Assembly: GCA_044892505.1 (NCBI GenBank)
Contig: CM097883.1
Coordinates: 93,868,001-93,932,000, forward strand
DNA from: Schmidtea nova
Lineage: Eukaryota
DNA: 64,000 nucleotides
Reading direction: 5' to 3'
Shown here: piece after piece, positions 38,501-46,628 of the stretch
Numbering within the stretch: the stretch's first letter is position 1
Layout of the letters: the number at the start of each line of letters is the position of its first letter
Notes under the pieces: generated by a model
Database searches by the model: none
What the model was told of the DNA's origin: nothing
What the model saw: only the letters and a program-made list of their open reading frames with translations
Translations under genes and position numbers: made by a program

Positions 38501-39005
38501 CTACTATGTAGCAGGACGGATTACGGGAGGAGAAGGATATTGTCAAGGAGAAACCTACCCGATGTTCGGAACACTCGCAACCAACTTAGTGGTGATGGAT
38601 ACGTATATAGTCGAACTAAAAAGCTATGAAGCATTCTTCGAACCAACAACGGGAGAAATGAAAACGTTATCCATGTGTAAAATCGACAGGAGCATGTGTC
38701 AAACGGGAATGTCAACATTAGTATACAAACCAAAGGTGAACGAATGTCAATTACAACTGCTACAAGGAGCACAGTTCGACGAAATTCAAGGAAAAACGTT
38801 CCAGGAAGAAGACGATGACGACAAAGCTAGAGCAAAGCATCTCAAGGAAGCTTTGGAGAATAAAAGACAACTGAAACCAGATCAGCGAGAAAAAAGGATA
38901 GAGATGAGAGCCACACCAACAGTGTTGATAACCACAAATCAGGATGTGGGAATGAGATTCATAAAAGGGAAAGCAACCCTTAAGTGTAGTACAACGGTAT
39001 ACTAA
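32568..39005 (+). CDS. gag: Gag - accessory domains - N-terminal part of envelope glycoprotein polyprotein (first in-frame ATG at 33126)
   Basis: Gag capsid-like EPFNGDASKLETFLKEF...; three CX2CX4HX4C knuckles (33837-33989); ubiquitin-like segments; PRGRPK AT-hook; Bcl-2-like helical domain ending NKGGWETF; internal signal peptide (38076-38141) followed by the FEVFDC glycoprotein start. Confidence 0.9.
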   Translation: MRKGAKIVVVKPTEKKVGSNINKKDKTSTTTKTVKKQKAGKDNNKNPQGSKARKIIRDKSIIENDKLSVVSNSSSNKENQAEPKENQTSEIEIDETNSDNIKEIEPEIEQEGEIDETNNDNIEEVENEVEPEAEINESDNESIISDNEIIRETESDSSSSETEDEHNNELETRGNESKITQDSGIEMGEPREEIKDKFSGEPFNGDASKLETFLKEFGIFVEVCKWKAETTVSRIQLYLKDSALDLYLEAKNSTNPPANWTAIKDFFQQTFGINKVLSEAFIEFSMRKQKMNESNAVYASELKKLAKSVFKDGGPINEELMAAIFIGGLRRPDIRAQVGCQGCKTIDQALETANRFELHMIGSEGRIYLAMDTAQTEPEVNLNNHIPNSQQLNRPPPQRRNEGNKVQNFGNQNNYNPQGQTRQCKTCGKLGHWQQECYQNLNCGKCGVKGHSESRCSTIICFNCGRPGHYSRNCGQKSNQRGNWQSNGNRQNYGNQTNTVNRQDYGNQQVNNNNSQNKTTTKEIHLMQEVQRLTELINNTTRGNPQTNQQQISMMRKIESENERLNRESQARHAQEWARIQREDEQKQQERERQPLRINMLRATNQTDTREKETTLEMNSIDPNPADNESRKETVQKDEEVEKEIKKEGETEINQEERREIWKRGMMVIMPNKSVFRFQYNVKEEVGILFNKVNQMVPGVTKLPREAFLQIEGAPKVRLELTDIWENLGVVETKRNVMIIKEIEPEEIPPPIRHETRIRRIFEGKMIRRRLKEIDELGKKMKKVEVIEDKNEQTPEISKNKTKPTENIQGETNQTAHINMLRNTTREFSDEEEDSDISSLAGDILNESEDENKEREVIKTSEPIQIKVDEIQKLLDNSLEVIYNEEFMDKKQYRKFMKALLQMNYKEWLQDREVDMLNRYVGKLIEEPLLNYTISIIINTSTSRIWIKTPFTDDIYRWVEDRLGSSYKNKFIFSQNRLVKKRTHLVETGIWPGEITLLSICDEKEEENLQEVAKEANTCFERRIKPRLEYEKERVLRKNLNSLIEQIIPQVKKHRKELMRSEYEKLKRCIECIRDTSHTRWSQISHDKLIAKMGKTMFRQGKITDLKISVELPNEDTKEIEVVADCTIKELINVINETLVQREPEDEWEDDIIIQYNEHVLWDHDERRLYKIGIWDNHQTIHVIRMDDTPRETAKDEKRERERRKEVVRKLQQIVEIYRNWRIWPEWENVLEELNLNRRIRTPVEKQWNEKGKCWEPKEGEYEEEYERGMEDDCEPEMRRVCMVTRKATPIDLDGPETAAIWLEKEKQKTEEFVEILKTNAHGKRKVIKGLADFFVVNGEDITCLRKVAKAIAEYKRVNEWCPEQLDHVIRKWRNQEFSQEIPQKVHLRIIYPNKDKEEFWVGIAEKIRDIKKKLRYEPPFHLQHQGRTLDNSLEIGITPAQLDLMNTLTVEAIAGQPLKRKEENHKPHGSISTPSPMKSVLTPGTSSRRSETTPRGNRERTPPQPYDVDEILTDSDDMIEELTELTKEKDGNIFERIQELPTTIQVTNTGETEVEQEIIIEEVNDLTEDEIRGVNVENVQLTQEMERWLEERANEPRDVTEETGRATRFVETGTGMDRRPRGRPKTDPANIVIRNKDEKRQDQWELCLRKLNKIAEIKEKETTPICQGEEWISKTIMEILAIIDPELRKYWRITEISEKAKSLHSAIAPILPEFIKEKTKSNHLDWQGTTMLIKKLTEGAETDNKYVIAIAYTIYNLLTLSRGRPKPTALERHIKNTAKIIAREIEPYVINKGGWETFIKTNQKKTQAKNMKKKFEKILEELEKEQTGTGNAKSSMNLSSIIMMMLIWMISTDSATAFEVFDCDQMKLGEKYSLRGTEQCKDATPVELQKIKKEQWYHVYQEAELIKTMVNECKVQKTRFAFYCGRGHYSAIVMPGTEREPIVLQGEDCEALFKHGEVTTRDKIKIRGKPGMMLQQTYYVAGRITGGEGYCQGETYPMFGTLATNLVVMDTYIVELKSYEAFFEPTTGEMKTLSMCKIDRSMCQTGMSTLVYKPKVNECQLQLLQGAQFDEIQGKTFQEEDDDDKARAKHLKEALENKRQLKPDQREKRIEMRATPTVLITTNQDVGMRFIKGKATLKCSTTVY

Positions 39006-40460
39006 ACGAATTATCCAGGAATATATGTGTCAAAACAAGAAGTGCCAAATGCGAAACCCAAAATCGACACAATGGATATCAAACTATACCTGTATGTGAA
39101 TAATAAAATGGATTTCCTATTCCATAGAGGACAAGCCTCATTACAAAAAGTGTACTACGATCTGATAAACAATGATTGTATACTGAATCGAGAAATATTA
39201 AAGACAAAGTTGGCCGTAGCGATTACGAATCCAGATAGCGCGATGCCATTATTACCACTGAGAGAAGGACATTTCGGAAGAGTGGTTGGAGAAGCCATGT
39301 ATGTATACATTTGTGAAAAGACACACGCGCCGCTAGCAGCAACAACGCAATTGAAACCTGGAACCTGTACAAATGAGTTAGAAATCGATTATAAAGGAAA
39401 AGTACGATACGTTCAACCGGTGACGAGAATCATCAATCCACCAGGGTTTGAACCAAATCCATTCAACTGTAGTAATGCGTACGGACCGCTTTATCAGAAA
39501 CCAGATGGTAAATGGGTTATGTTCCCAGGAAGATCCGAAGTGATAGCACCAAGAGAATTCGAGCTAATGCAGTTGTCAAAGGATAGGCAATTCAGCGACG
39601 TAGATGTCTCAAACAACGGAATATATAGTCCAAAGGATTTAGAAGCAGCAAGGCAGAATATATTATTCCCTGCGAGAAGAGAAGCATTACTGTCGAATAT
39701 CGTAACGATAACGGGAGGAACGGATTATCGAGAAGGACCGAATTATGAACTATTGTTGTCACCAGCACATTTCAAGAAAGCCACAGAAAATATGATGAAA
39801 GCAATGTGGGGAAGATTTCTGATATTCGGACAAATGATGGCCGGAATACTGGGGGTCATATTAATAATCCAAATCGTCAGAGTGATAATAACGCAAATGC
39901 TCGCGTGTTTTGACATCTACAAGAGAGAAAAGAAAGTGAATTGGAAAATGGTAGTAGGGTTTTTACCATTCCTCGCGAAGACGATGGTGTTGCATGGACA
40001 CTCAAAGGACATACATCGAATAAAGAGATTGTTGAAGATACTCGCAAAAATGAAGGGAACAGATGAAGAAGTAGGACGAAAATTTAAAAAGATAATGAAT
40101 GACGAACAAGCAAGACAACAGCTCAAGAGAGAAAGAAAAGGTTTATGGGAGAGGATGAAAGGATATAAAACCCAAAATGATTCGAGTGACGACGATGATG
40201 ACGATGACGACTATAAGGGAGGACAAGTCTATAAGAACCAAGCACCCCAATACATTGAAAAGAATCCAGCCGACGCGTGGAAATGTTACGCACCTCCACC
40301 AACCATGTATCAAGAACCACTACAAGGAGGAAGAACGACAACAATGCAAATGATGCCAATGACAAATGTATACCCCATGATACCAGAAGATTATAAAATG
40401 AGAAGATGTAGAAGCGTAGATCCACAAGGAGATACACACACGATCGCAGTAATGTCATAA
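39006..40460 (+). CDS. env: C-terminal half of chuvirus-like (gB-type, class III) envelope glycoprotein, in frame after a single TAA
   Basis: LYVNNKMDFL...YYDLINNDCILNREIL, GRVVGEAMYVYIC, CTNELEI...VQPVTRII, TM FLIFGQMMAGILGVILII and a cytoplasmic tail; the frame is continuous from 39006. Confidence 0.85.
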   Translation, partial: TNYPGIYVSKQEVPNAKPKIDTMDIKLYLYVNNKMDFLFHRGQASLQKVYYDLINNDCILNREILKTKLAVAITNPDSAMPLLPLREGHFGRVVGEAMYVYICEKTHAPLAATTQLKPGTCTNELEIDYKGKVRYVQPVTRIINPPGFEPNPFNCSNAYGPLYQKPDGKWVMFPGRSEVIAPREFELMQLSKDRQFSDVDVSNNGIYSPKDLEAARQNILFPARREALLSNIVTITGGTDYREGPNYELLLSPAHFKKATENMMKAMWGRFLIFGQMMAGILGVILIIQIVRVIITQMLACFDIYKREKKVNWKMVVGFLPFLAKTMVLHGHSKDIHRIKRLLKILAKMKGTDEEVGRKFKKIMNDEQARQQLKRERKGLWERMKGYKTQNDSSDDDDDDDDYKGGQVYKNQAPQYIEKNPADAWKCYAPPPTMYQEPLQGGRTTTMQMMPMTNVYPMIPEDYKMRRCRSVDPQGDTHTIAVMS

Positions 40461-40517
40461 AACACAGGTCCAGTATTAACCACGACAATAGAGATTAACG
40501 GAAGAGAAATCGAAGCA

Positions 40518-43500
40518 ATGATCGACACTGGAGCAAATATTTCCGCCATCGATATCAAATGGATACCACAAGAGCAAAGACGGGAAATAGAAAGGACAAA
40601 CGTCCATGTAATTGCATGTAGCAAAGAAGTTGTAGAAGTAGCAGGAAGATGGTGGGTAAAAATACGCCATTTAAATACAGAAATCGATACGTACGTAGCA
40701 GTCATACCAGCATTAAGCGTACCTTGCATTATCGGAACAGATTTGATGCCAGCGTTATTTAAAGAAATCGTAATCGATCTCGGAACAATGAGATTAAAAG
40801 ATCGCACCGGACAAATATGCGCAATAGAAGCCAAAGTGACAAGCTCAAAGCAAATGATAATACCCGCAAGAAAGGAAAAAATATGTTACGTAAAAATAGA
40901 TCCGACAATCCAAGGCGATATGATTTTCGAACCAAGTAAGAGATTCGAGAAAAGAAAAGCGTTGCCAATGGCAAGAGGACTAGTCAACATAAACGATAAT
41001 GGGGAAATCCCAATAAACGTAGTAAATTTCGACGAGGAGGATAAAATAATCTACGAAAACGAAAGACTAGGTAAACTAACCCCAATGATGGATATCGAAA
41101 TACCAATAGAAGGGGCAGAGAAAGATAAAGAACCAACCTGGAATATTGATAGTGAATTATTAAATGAGGACCAAAAGAAGCAGCTAGAAAAACTTCTGAT
41201 AGAGTATAAGGACATATTTGCAGCATCCGATTTAGATCTAGGAACATGTGATGTCACACTACATACGATACCATTAACAGATGACACACCAATTGCATTA
41301 AGGCCGTACAAATTAGCAGAAGCACAGAAAGCAGTAGCAGAAGCAGAAGTGAAGAAAATGTTGGATGCGGAAGTAATCGAACCAAGTTGCTCACCCTGGC
41401 AATTTCCAGTGGTAATGGTAAAGAAGAAAGACGGAACACAGAGATTCTGCATAGATTATCGAAGGTTGAATACGGTAACAAAACGAGACACTTACCCATT
41501 ACCGGACATCAACGAAATGCTACTAACACTACAAGGAGCAGCATATTTTACGTCGTTAGATCTAAAAAGCGGATATTGGCAAATAAAAATGAAGGAAGAA
41601 GATAAAGAGAAAACTGCCTTTACCATCGGTAGAGACCTATATCAATTTCGAAAGATGCCATTTGGATTAACGAACGCACCAGCATCATTTCAGAGATGCA
41701 TGAATTTCGTCACCCATGGAATAAAGCAGTGTATGGTCTACATAGACGACTTATTAATTTATTCTAGCACGTTTGAACAACACATACAAGATATTCGAGA
41801 TGTATTCGTTAGACTTAGACAATGGAAGTTAAAACTCAAGCCATCCAAGTGTGATTGGGCGAAAGAAAAGGTTACATTTTTAGGACATATAGTGTCAGCA
41901 AAAGGAAAAGAACCGGATCCTAGAAATATCGACAAAGTAAAAGAATGCCCAGTACCAAAAACAATAACCCAAATACAAGAATTTCTCGGACTATGTGGAT
42001 ATTATAGAAAGTTTATAAAAGATTACGCCGGAATAGCAAAACCTATACAAGAGCTGGTAAAGAAAGATGTATCATTCATATGGGGAGACGAACAGCAAAC
42101 AGCTTTCGAGACATTAAGAGATAAACTGATAACCGCACCCATATTGGTACACCCAGACTTCAAGAAGCCATTCCTACTTGCAACGGATGCAAGCGGATAT
42201 GCAGCAGGAGCAGTATTAGGACAATACGATGATGAAGGAAAAGAACGGGTAATCGGATATTATAGCCGGACATTCAAAAAGCATGAGAAAAACTACTCAG
42301 TAACCGAGCGAGAAGCATTAGCGATTATATTAGCGATTAAACATTTTAAATATTTATTATGGGGACACATCATCTGCATAACAACAGATCACCAACCGCT
42401 TGTATGGTTAGGACAGCATAAGGAAACATCCAGTAGATTAATGCGATGGGCAATGCAGTTACAGGAGTACTCACCAGACATAAAATTTAAATCAGGAAGA
42501 GCGAATGCGAATGCAGACTGTATGTCAAGACTGACATTCCCGGAATTAACCGACCCGGATGTACAACGAATTTGCGTATTAATAGCAGAAGATTTGGATT
42601 TTAGTGAATTAAAGAAAGATCAGCAGGAAGACAAAGAATTAGGACAGATCATAGAATTCCTAACATCTCGAAACATGGAAGTATTCAAAGAGAACAAGGA
42701 ATTAAAGGAACATATAGGAAAATATCAACATCGCTACATAATAAATAAAGGATGGTTGTTAATACAAGACGGGGAAAAGAGATTGATGTGCTTACCGGAA
42801 AACAGAAGGAAAGAGATAATGATCCAATACCATGATGGGAAATTAGGAGGGCATATGTCCGAGAAAAAGACAATAAATCGTATGAGACAAAAATATTATT
42901 GGCGAACAATGGAAGAAGATATCAAAGGATGGATTAAAAATTGTCTAACTTGCGCAACCGGAAAGGATAGTGGGAAGAAATGGAAAAACCTACTACAACC
43001 AATGCCGATACCAGCAGAGCCAATGACAACTATAGCAATGGACGTAATAGGGCCATTACCAGAAAGTCTAAACGGAAATATTTATATATTGGTAATAACG
43101 GATTACCTGACAAAATTCCCGGAAGCATTTGCCATGCAAGATCAAAAAGCAAAAACCGTAGCAAAAATTTTGGTAGAAGAAATATGTTGCAGATACGGAA
43201 CTCCAAAACAAATACTCACAGACCAAGGAACTAACTTTATGAGTGAGTTATTAGACGAGGTGACAAACTATTTCAGAATAGCAAAATTGAGTACTTCACC
43301 ATATCACCCACACACGAATGGACAAACAGAGAGATTCAACGGCACATTGATTAGAATGTTATCCAACTATGTCAGCAGACACCAAACTGATTGGGACGAA
43401 TACATAAAATTATGTTTAATGGCATACCGAATGTCGATACATGCAGCAACAAAACTAAGCCCGTTTCAACTTATGTATGGAAGAGAATGCAACATGCCCA

Positions 43501-46478
43501 TAGATTTAGAGTATCAACCACCATTATCGCAATATATGGAAGACGACGACTACGTAACCAAATTCAAAGAAAGAATGCAGGAAATATGGAAAACGGCAGA
43601 ACTCAACATTAAATTTTATCAGGAAAGTTATAAGGATTTACACGACCAGAAGAAAAATGTTAAAGCAAACGACCTAAAACCAGGAGATTGGGTGATAATA
43701 GAAACTCCCGAAATAATACCAGGAACGGTTAAGAAACTCCAAAGACCTGGAAGAGGACCTTATGAAATTATATACAAAAAGGACAATAATGTCAAAGTTA
43801 AGCTAGTAAATCGACCGTTAATACGATCCATATATGTAAACACATGCAGATGTAAGAAAGTGCCTAAAACAATAACTACAACACCAGAAAATCGAATAAT
43901 AACCAGATCACAAACAGCCAGGATAAATATGCTCAGAGCAAACACAACCGAAGACGACAAAGCAGAAACAAGGCATAAGGAAATCAGAAATAAAGAAATC
44001 GTATTGAAAGCAAGAGAGGTAATGGGAAGATGGCATGCCAGAGACGAAGCAAACATATTAAAAGATATACGATGGATAATTAGCGACTACGCACAAGGAC
44101 TACCAACGAAACCAATTATTTCTGAGTTGTTAGGAAAAATCCCTGAAATACTTTTATTAGAGGATGTAGGGGGACAACCCGCCTTACACAATGCGGTAAA
44201 GTGTGGAAACATAGAAAGAGCAACGGAATTCCTAAAAATTGCAAAAGAAACCAATCAACACCTAGGTTTCGGGAATCGCGAACAAGAAACCCCACTAATG
44301 ATAGCGGCAATTTACCAAGCAAACAAGGAAATGATAGACCTTTTGATAAAGGCCCGTTTCAACTGGACAGAACGAGATAGGGAAGATAAAACAGTCTTAA
44401 ATCACGTAATATGGAGTTCACACCAACTAATGCTGAAACATATAATCGCAAACGCCACATGGGAAATAGACGAATTAATAAAAGGAGACATTATCAAAGA
44501 AGCAATCAAAATTGGTAAGTGCAACACGATCCGTAAGTTAATCAAATGGAAACGACCAGAAGATGATACATGGGTTTTAGACATAAACGAAGTATACAGC
44601 GAAGGACAAAACGCACTGTTAAGATACCTTGTGAAATTTACTTGCGATCAAAAGACATTACTAACCTTATTAGACAGAGGAAACATAAACATCACAAAGA
44701 ATGAAGAAGAACACAAATTCGATAAAGAAAAAGGGGCCTTATTCAACAAGATTAGGAAATGGTGTGCGAAACCACTTGATAAACTAATAACATACAAAGA
44801 CATAAACAATTTTAACGAGAAATACCAGACGATAGTAAATGAGTATGATGAACTAGTAAAAATCCTAAACCACCCCGAAAAATGCAAACAGGTTTTGGAG
44901 AAAAAAGAAAGAGAAAGTAACAAGAAACTCACACCACTCTTCAAAGCAGAAGCACCATACCAAGCTAGACTAGATGCGATACAAGAAAAAGCAAAAGAAT
45001 TGTTACCGGAATTCGAGAATAGTAAACATGCACTGGAAATACTCGGCGCATTAGTTGAAAAAGTACACGCATACGCAAAAGGAACATACAATAGTAACGA
45101 CATAACGACTATAAAAAAGGAGATGCCAGTAACATTTTTACTACCAAAGGACGGAATAATGCCCATACATAGAGCTTTACGAAATGGCAAAGATAGAAAA
45201 GTAATGGAAATCGCAAGAGTAATGTTAAATTGCGGAAGCAACATGAATATGATAGACGAGAAAGGAGATACACTTATGGTATTTGCAGCAAGGGCTAAAA
45301 CGAAAACAAAGGTGTTGGAAGAACTATACAAAGCAGGTGCAGGACTTACAGGAAAGACAGATAAAGATAATTCAATTTTGGATGTAGCATTACTAACACA
45401 TAATTGGGAAATGGTCAACTTCATTAAAACAATCGCAAATCAGGAAGAAATAGATTACCTAACTGATACGGTTAAGAAACCCAGTGTACTAACAATGATG
45501 CATAATGTCGAACTAACAGAAGCAATACTTACGTGGATAAATCCGAATACTAACGAACCAGCATTCAGGATTAATGAGTTTACAGAACATAACCAAAACT
45601 GGTGTATAAGAAGTGCCTTAATAACGTATAAATGGCCAGAGATATTGAAGATGTTTATGGAAAGAAAGGATATAAGAATCACAAACAATCCGAAAGAAGA
45701 GAAATACACAGGCAAATGGAAAGAATTAATGAAGACATACATCAACAACTGGATCAAGGCCAAAAAGGAAATTGTGGAATATAAATCCACCAACAAAGTA
45801 ATACCGGAGCACTTAGAAACACAAGAATTTGAGGCAAGTAATCTAACGACATTAGCATATGCAAAATTGATAGAAGAAATCAATGTCGAGGACGACATTT
45901 TCAACGAGCCAGGGGGAGATGACAATACAGATAGTGACGACGGTAACAACTCAGAAAATTCAAACGATCACGAACCACCCGATAAAGAGGAAAACGAGAA
46001 AAAAGACAAGAAACGAGTCAAAGAAGAAAAGAAAAATGAAGACGAAAAACAAAGAAATGAAGAGGGAGAACAAAGAGACCAAGGAATTAAAAATGACACC
46101 CAAAGAACAGGTTATAAATCAACCATAAAACCATTCTTCAAACCAGAATTACTATTATTAACAGTGATTTTAACGTTAATTAACCCAAGTCAAGGAATGA
46201 CATGTGAAGAAAGGGCAATAATACAAATAAAAAACGCAAAAGGAATCGAACGAGTATGTTGGTCGAAAAAGGACAAAATCACGGAACAAAATAGCCCGAT
46301 GGATTGCAGAATCTCAAAACACGAGCAAGAGATCATAGAGATCAATGACTTAGATCTAAATACCTGGTACAAAATATGCACCGTTAGAAAACAAAAGCAT
46401 CCAAGATCACACAACACAATCGCATGTGCAAAATACCAAACACCTAAAGCAGCCATGACAATACAACAGTCACCCTAA
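40518..46478 (+). CDS. pol: Pol polyprotein (PR-RT-RNase H-IN) extended by ankyrin repeats and a signal peptide/FN3-like module; frame open from 40461
   Basis: IDTGANISAI protease; CIDYRRLN, MPFGLTNAP and YIDD (41739-41750) RT; TDASG...TDHQPL RNase H; HHCC, TDQGTNF, TERFN and GPY integrase; GQPALHNAV, ETPLMIAA, GIMPIHRAL and GDTLMVFAA ankyrin motifs. Confidence 0.95.
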   Translation: MIDTGANISAIDIKWIPQEQRREIERTNVHVIACSKEVVEVAGRWWVKIRHLNTEIDTYVAVIPALSVPCIIGTDLMPALFKEIVIDLGTMRLKDRTGQICAIEAKVTSSKQMIIPARKEKICYVKIDPTIQGDMIFEPSKRFEKRKALPMARGLVNINDNGEIPINVVNFDEEDKIIYENERLGKLTPMMDIEIPIEGAEKDKEPTWNIDSELLNEDQKKQLEKLLIEYKDIFAASDLDLGTCDVTLHTIPLTDDTPIALRPYKLAEAQKAVAEAEVKKMLDAEVIEPSCSPWQFPVVMVKKKDGTQRFCIDYRRLNTVTKRDTYPLPDINEMLLTLQGAAYFTSLDLKSGYWQIKMKEEDKEKTAFTIGRDLYQFRKMPFGLTNAPASFQRCMNFVTHGIKQCMVYIDDLLIYSSTFEQHIQDIRDVFVRLRQWKLKLKPSKCDWAKEKVTFLGHIVSAKGKEPDPRNIDKVKECPVPKTITQIQEFLGLCGYYRKFIKDYAGIAKPIQELVKKDVSFIWGDEQQTAFETLRDKLITAPILVHPDFKKPFLLATDASGYAAGAVLGQYDDEGKERVIGYYSRTFKKHEKNYSVTEREALAIILAIKHFKYLLWGHIICITTDHQPLVWLGQHKETSSRLMRWAMQLQEYSPDIKFKSGRANANADCMSRLTFPELTDPDVQRICVLIAEDLDFSELKKDQQEDKELGQIIEFLTSRNMEVFKENKELKEHIGKYQHRYIINKGWLLIQDGEKRLMCLPENRRKEIMIQYHDGKLGGHMSEKKTINRMRQKYYWRTMEEDIKGWIKNCLTCATGKDSGKKWKNLLQPMPIPAEPMTTIAMDVIGPLPESLNGNIYILVITDYLTKFPEAFAMQDQKAKTVAKILVEEICCRYGTPKQILTDQGTNFMSELLDEVTNYFRIAKLSTSPYHPHTNGQTERFNGTLIRMLSNYVSRHQTDWDEYIKLCLMAYRMSIHAATKLSPFQLMYGRECNMPIDLEYQPPLSQYMEDDDYVTKFKERMQEIWKTAELNIKFYQESYKDLHDQKKNVKANDLKPGDWVIIETPEIIPGTVKKLQRPGRGPYEIIYKKDNNVKVKLVNRPLIRSIYVNTCRCKKVPKTITTTPENRIITRSQTARINMLRANTTEDDKAETRHKEIRNKEIVLKAREVMGRWHARDEANILKDIRWIISDYAQGLPTKPIISELLGKIPEILLLEDVGGQPALHNAVKCGNIERATEFLKIAKETNQHLGFGNREQETPLMIAAIYQANKEMIDLLIKARFNWTERDREDKTVLNHVIWSSHQLMLKHIIANATWEIDELIKGDIIKEAIKIGKCNTIRKLIKWKRPEDDTWVLDINEVYSEGQNALLRYLVKFTCDQKTLLTLLDRGNINITKNEEEHKFDKEKGALFNKIRKWCAKPLDKLITYKDINNFNEKYQTIVNEYDELVKILNHPEKCKQVLEKKERESNKKLTPLFKAEAPYQARLDAIQEKAKELLPEFENSKHALEILGALVEKVHAYAKGTYNSNDITTIKKEMPVTFLLPKDGIMPIHRALRNGKDRKVMEIARVMLNCGSNMNMIDEKGDTLMVFAARAKTKTKVLEELYKAGAGLTGKTDKDNSILDVALLTHNWEMVNFIKTIANQEEIDYLTDTVKKPSVLTMMHNVELTEAILTWINPNTNEPAFRINEFTEHNQNWCIRSALITYKWPEILKMFMERKDIRITNNPKEEKYTGKWKELMKTYINNWIKAKKEIVEYKSTNKVIPEHLETQEFEASNLTTLAYAKLIEEINVEDDIFNEPGGDDNTDSDDGNNSENSNDHEPPDKEENEKKDKKRVKEEKKNEDEKQRNEEGEQRDQGIKNDTQRTGYKSTIKPFFKPELLLLTVILTLINPSQGMTCEERAIIQIKNAKGIERVCWSKKDKITEQNSPMDCRISKHEQEIIEINDLDLNTWYKICTVRKQKHPRSHNTIACAKYQTPKAAMTIQQSP

Positions 46479-46628
46479 GGAGATTACATCATCGGAAAAT
46501 GTGGAAGAACAGAGACACAGGAAACAGAAAACAAAAAATCCCAGGCAGCAGATAAGCAAACAACACCAACCCTACGAATTACAATAGAGAGGCCCGAAAC
46601 AAGAGTTGCCACAAACGAAACCGAAAGA

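Noticed and set aside
43760-44100. Chromodomain at the integrase C-terminus
   Set aside because: No aromatic-cage pattern; the sequence proceeds to ankyrin repeats.
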